Of a stretch of DNA of 64,000 bases, positions 59,001-64,000 are shown piece by piece. The notes under the pieces were generated by a model, which saw only the letters and a list, made by a program, of their open reading frames with translations, did not search any database and was not told the origin of the DNA. The position numbers and the translations under genes are program-made. The DNA is from Octopus vulgaris (taxonomy: Eukaryota): positions 148,986,001 to 149,050,000 of the forward strand of contig OX597817.1 of assembly GCA_951406725.2 (NCBI GenBank), written 5' to 3'. The stretch's first letter is position 1, and every line of letters starts with the position of its first letter.

Positions 59001-59632
59001 CATTATCGAGGCAACGAGCTGGCTGAATCGTTAGCACACCGGGCAAAATAATTAGCAGCATTTCGCTAGTCTTTACATCATTCTGAATTCAACTGTCTTG
59101 ATCACTAGGGTCGATTTAATCGACTTACACTCCTCTCCCGAAATGAGTGGCCCTCAAGCAAAATTTCAAACTATTGTTATTATTTTCTGAGCTTAGGTTT
59201 TTCCTCTTTAGATTCAAATTTAAGAATCATTGTTTAGTCTTCTATTTCTATGAAAATCCATCATGTTTATTGGCCTTTCATCTTCTTATTCTGACATCAC
59301 TTTTTTCATTTGTTTTTTTTTTTTTGCTATTATATCCTACCACGAAAGCTCAGATCCTTTCCTTATTTTACCATCGATAGACACCTTCGACCGTGAATGC
59401 TCGCGCACCTCTGTGTTCGTGTAAGCGTCTATTATAATAAATTCATAACGGTTTTAACCCTGGAGTTTCCGTTATTAAGCTCTCCCACTCATCCACAGTT
59501 GATGAGCTGAGTTTGGGACTTCATGAACAACCTGTTGCATATAATATTGCCTCATATATCAACATTAATGAAATCTAATTTCCAGGAGACAATTGTAAAT
59601 TGATGTAATAAAAGATTTCCTCACTCAATTCT

Positions 59633-59679
<47 letters not shown>

Positions 59680-60308
59680 AAGAGATTACATTTATATATA
59701 TATATATTTATATATGTAATCATGTATGTAGATATAAAATAAAATCTGTCAGAACTTCAATATTACAAACAGAAAATACCATTTCTCTCCATTTTCTGAC
59801 CTTACTCTCATAAATCTTACCACATATGCATTTGTTCCATTTTCTTTAACTGATCCTATTGTAATATTTCTTTAGCAAGAACGAAACATACTACGTATTT
59901 GTATATATGTATCTGTGTGTGTGTGCGCATATGTGTGTATGTGTGTGTTCAAGTACGTGTATCTGTGCATGAGTGCGCGTGTGTGTTCATCGGTCTGTGT
60001 GCGTATGTCTTGCTGCGTTTGTACGTCTTTGCTTTTGTATTTATATGCATATATTCTCACATATATATATACATACATATGTATGTATGAGTGCGCGTGT
60101 GTGTGTGTGTACGTACAGAGAGAGGGATAGGGGCAGAGAAAGAGAGGGAGAGAGAGAGGAGGGAGGGAGGGAGAAAGTGGGGAGAGCCGTCAGTTTGGCA
60201 TTCCAAATCGATAATGCTCAAATATTTATTAACTGTGGAACGAAACATGTAAACGTCAACAAATACGCTCCAAAAACGAAATATAAGCACAAATATCCCT
60301 ATCTCTGT

Positions 60309-60349
<41 letters not shown>

Positions 60350-60740
60350 AACAATCAAACACATACTCACAGTCACGCATGGATGCTTTTGCACGCAGAT
60401 GCACTAATACTGCAAACCCATGAAGCACATATACAAACACCGACCCATTTAAACACGCAGTCCGTGTTACACATTGATGTGGTTATAGACGTACAGATAC
60501 ACGCATTTGACAAACATAATTACAAACAAGGTTTACAAATATATATTCATGGTAGTGTGTCTCTATATGAGAAGCTCTACACTCACACAATTGCAAATAT
60601 GAGTCATTCTCCACGAAGCATTGACGTCTATCTTTTAATCTTTTACTGCTTCTCTCTTTTTGTGTCTGTGTGTATATATTTTATTACACACACACATATA
60701 CATATATATATATAAATATATATATATAAATACACATATA

Positions 60741-60821
<81 letters not shown>

Positions 60822-61982
60822 TTGATGTAGGATGGCCCATGTATACTAAATATGTCTTCTCACGTATACAAATGTTAGTATGTATGTATTTATCAGCTTT
60901 ATAGTTGTACCTTAACTTATATGTCATCTGTTGATATATAAATGTGTGTTCGGTTTGCCTGTATGCGTGTGCGTATGTAATCTCGTTGATGTAAAAAAAA
61001 TTAAACAAAGAGTGACAGAAATCGATATATTTCTACTGAGACTAAAATGTCCACCTGTATTTATATATAGTGGTATAGATCTTGCCAAACCATTACATAT
61101 ACAACGACTTTGGACACCCCGAAAAAACTAACAAAAGACCGAGATACAATCCATGTAATTAAAATTTCTCTTCCATTACATCAAGTAATAATTTGAAGAT
61201 TTTAATTAGCAAATGTGCAGTTTTTCAAAGTAAATGAAAACCGGAAGCGCAAAACAATTTTTAATTAAGTCAAATCTTGATTTAAAGAAGTGTAAAGCAA
61301 ACTTCCCAGTATCTAATTGGGAATGCAATAATTCCAGCACATGTCAATTTATATATGATGGCCATTATACCAAAACAAACACCAGAAGAAAACTATTTAC
61401 AACGACAAATACGATTGCATGAAGAAATCTGATCCTTGCATTAAATTCAGGAATTGTAGCTAGGGAAGTTATTTTCGAAAGTGCACGCTCGAATCAGAGA
61501 TCCGTGTATCTGGCTCGTCACCATTAGTAATCTTATGAAAAAAATTGAGAAATAGCATTTTTTTTCTTTTAATAGCGCCATTTTATGAACTGTAAGCCGC
61601 ACGTGAATTTAAAAGAGGAGCGGAAGTACAGAATTTATTAAGAATTTTATTAAATAATATTAATACGAATGAAATTGATTGAAAAATATTTACTGAAAAA
61701 CTGTAGTAATAGTTTATGTACATTCACCCTCTGAACATATTCACCCACCAACGCCATGTATTTATAGTTAGTGTTGCTATGTAAATATTTACACGAAGTT
61801 TATTGAAAAACAAGGAAGGTTTGATAACATGTGAACAAAATATAAAATAGGAAACATGCAGCTATGCGAATCTCATTCACTTATATGTGTGCGTGCATAT
61901 ATATATATATATGTATACACAGAAAGAGAGAGATGATGAGTTTTTCATGTAATTTTTCTGCTCTAATTTTTTAATGTAATAT

Positions 61983-62179
<197 letters not shown>

Positions 62180-62295
62180 GGAGGAAGCTCATACATATGA
62201 AACAAGGTGGAAAATATACTTTATTTAAAAGCAGCAGGAATAAAACAAAAGCTGTTACTCAGAGATTCACGTTCCTAGAACCAGAGAGAAGGAAA

Positions 62296-62880
62296 CCCTT
62301 ATGGTCCTCAGCCGCCTGGATTACTGTTCCCAGCTATGGCCACCAAACAGTGTAAAATTAACACCGAATCAAGAACGAAGCAATCAACGACGTTTCACAA
62401 AGAAGATCGTTTCATTGCAACAGGTCAGCTACTGGGAAAGGCTGAAACAGCTAAGACTCAACTTCCTGGAGCGAAGTCGGGACAAGTATGCAGTAATATA
62501 CATCTGGAAGATCCTGGAAGGAATTGTGCAAAATTTTGTCATTGAAAGCTACACAATGCCAGACCGGGTCGACACTGCACAGTACCAAAGATCCCAGCAA
62601 TGCCATCGCGCTTCAGGACCAGTTACTTACACAACCTGGGTTTCAGGTGTCCACAGTTATATAATCGTCTCCCAAAGAGCCTCAGAGAGCTACACAAAGT
62701 GGATGTAGGTATCTTCAAATCAAAACTGGACCTCTCCCTGTCGTGAGTCCCAGATGCGGGTAGTAAAATCAAACACCCTTATTCAACAAATGCCACATAT
62801 TAGAAGAGGTTCTCAATAATAACAGTGTAGCAAAACGGTGGTGCACCAACATGGCCACAGCTTTGAGCTGAAACTAAAAA
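62296..62880 (+). mobile_element. CR1-clade LINE, 3' end including terminal stem-loop
   Basis: [30 protein letters not shown]; ends GGTGGTGCACCAACATGGCCACAGCTTTGAGCTGAAACTAAAA. Confidence 0.85.
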
Positions 62881-63009
62881 AACAAAGAGAAAACAAAAGA
62901 CATGTATATATATATATATATATGTGTGTGTATATGTATATATATATATATATATATACATGTATATACATACATATATATATATATATACACACACACA
63001 AACACACAC

Positions 63010-63044
<35 letters not shown>

Positions 63045-63057
63045 TATACATGTATAT

Positions 63058-63096
<39 letters not shown>

Positions 63097-63450
63097 AACA
63101 CACACATATATATATATATATATAAAACCTTCTCTATTTTATCTCTAGTGTTATTTTGATACTGCTTCTAATATGAATTCTTCAATAGCATTTTTAATTC
63201 ATTCTCTTTCTCTAGTTCAGAAACTATTCGGATTTATTACACTCAAAAATCACTGACACAACTTGTAACACTCATACGTCTACTCCTATCTTCATTCCTA
63301 TAGAAACATAGCATAAAACATAACAAAAATCCCAGCCACATCGCTACAAATATCACAGGTAGCGCACATCCTCAGAGCCAGGCTTTAGTAACAAATGTAG
63401 TGACAACGCATGGTAATAAAGTTAACAGGCAGAATGTGGAAAGTTAGTTA

Positions 63451-63524
<74 letters not shown>

Positions 63525-64000
63525 ATGGTGGTGGGGGTTACTGTATGATGAGAAACTCAGAACGAAGAGACCGAAGTTAGAGGAAAGAAGGGAATCTAAA
63601 CGAAGAATATAGAAGAGCTGATGATGAAGGGCGGCAACGGATGGAAGATCGCCGTGAATTATGAATAACCATGAATTAGGAATTCATCAATAAAATATAT
63701 GTCAATCACGGTGATCATATATGTGTGTGTGAGTCAGTGTGTGTGAGAGAGTGTGTGTGTGTTTGTATACACAGATATATATATATATATATATATATAT
63801 CTGAGTAGTTGAATGAATTATCTTGTTATGGATAATTCGAAATTTTTTAAAGAGACACTCATTTTCACTATGGGCTCCATGTGAGCAGTTATCTAAAAGT
63901 TTTTTGTGCATCTTGATGTTGACATAAGTTCCTTGCTTTTCCTGATGAGAAAGCGGCATAATATACTCCTTATTCCTTCGCAATTCGGAATATGCAGCCT

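Noticed and set aside
62252-62278. Half hammerhead on minus (GAAtCTCTGAGTA) next to the CR1 fragment
   Set aside because: First core absent and GAAA mutated; insufficient alone.

Overview
AT-rich, microsatellite-saturated animal genomic DNA with no confidently identifiable host gene. The repeat content (tRNA-derived SINEs resembling octopus OK/OR families, very long (TA)n, (CA)n and (GATA)n tracts) suggests a cephalopod, probably Octopus; that is an inference. Most ORFs in the track are translated microsatellites. Real coding remnants are all transposons: a 5'-truncated Penelope-like element (PLE; RT + GIY-YIG, open frame) sitting in (TA)n, an L1/Tx1 LINE sitting in (GATA)n, two CR1 fragments, an RTE fragment and a Tc1 transposase pseudogene. 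There are also non-autonomous Helitrons, a pogo/Tigger-type MITE, three SINE families and a tRNA-Glu pseudogene. The main unexplained signal is a set of at least 7 short non-coding fold-back (palindromic) elements beside (TA)n tracts. Alongside them are about 10 complete or partial minimal type-I hammerhead ribozyme motifs, usually with a palindromic stem III and several with a compensatory U3-A8 core. The same kind of motif sits in the 3' end of the PLE. This points to a (TA)n-targeting population of Penelope pLTR-derived, ribozyme-carrying hairpin elements. All alignments and folds were read by eye.
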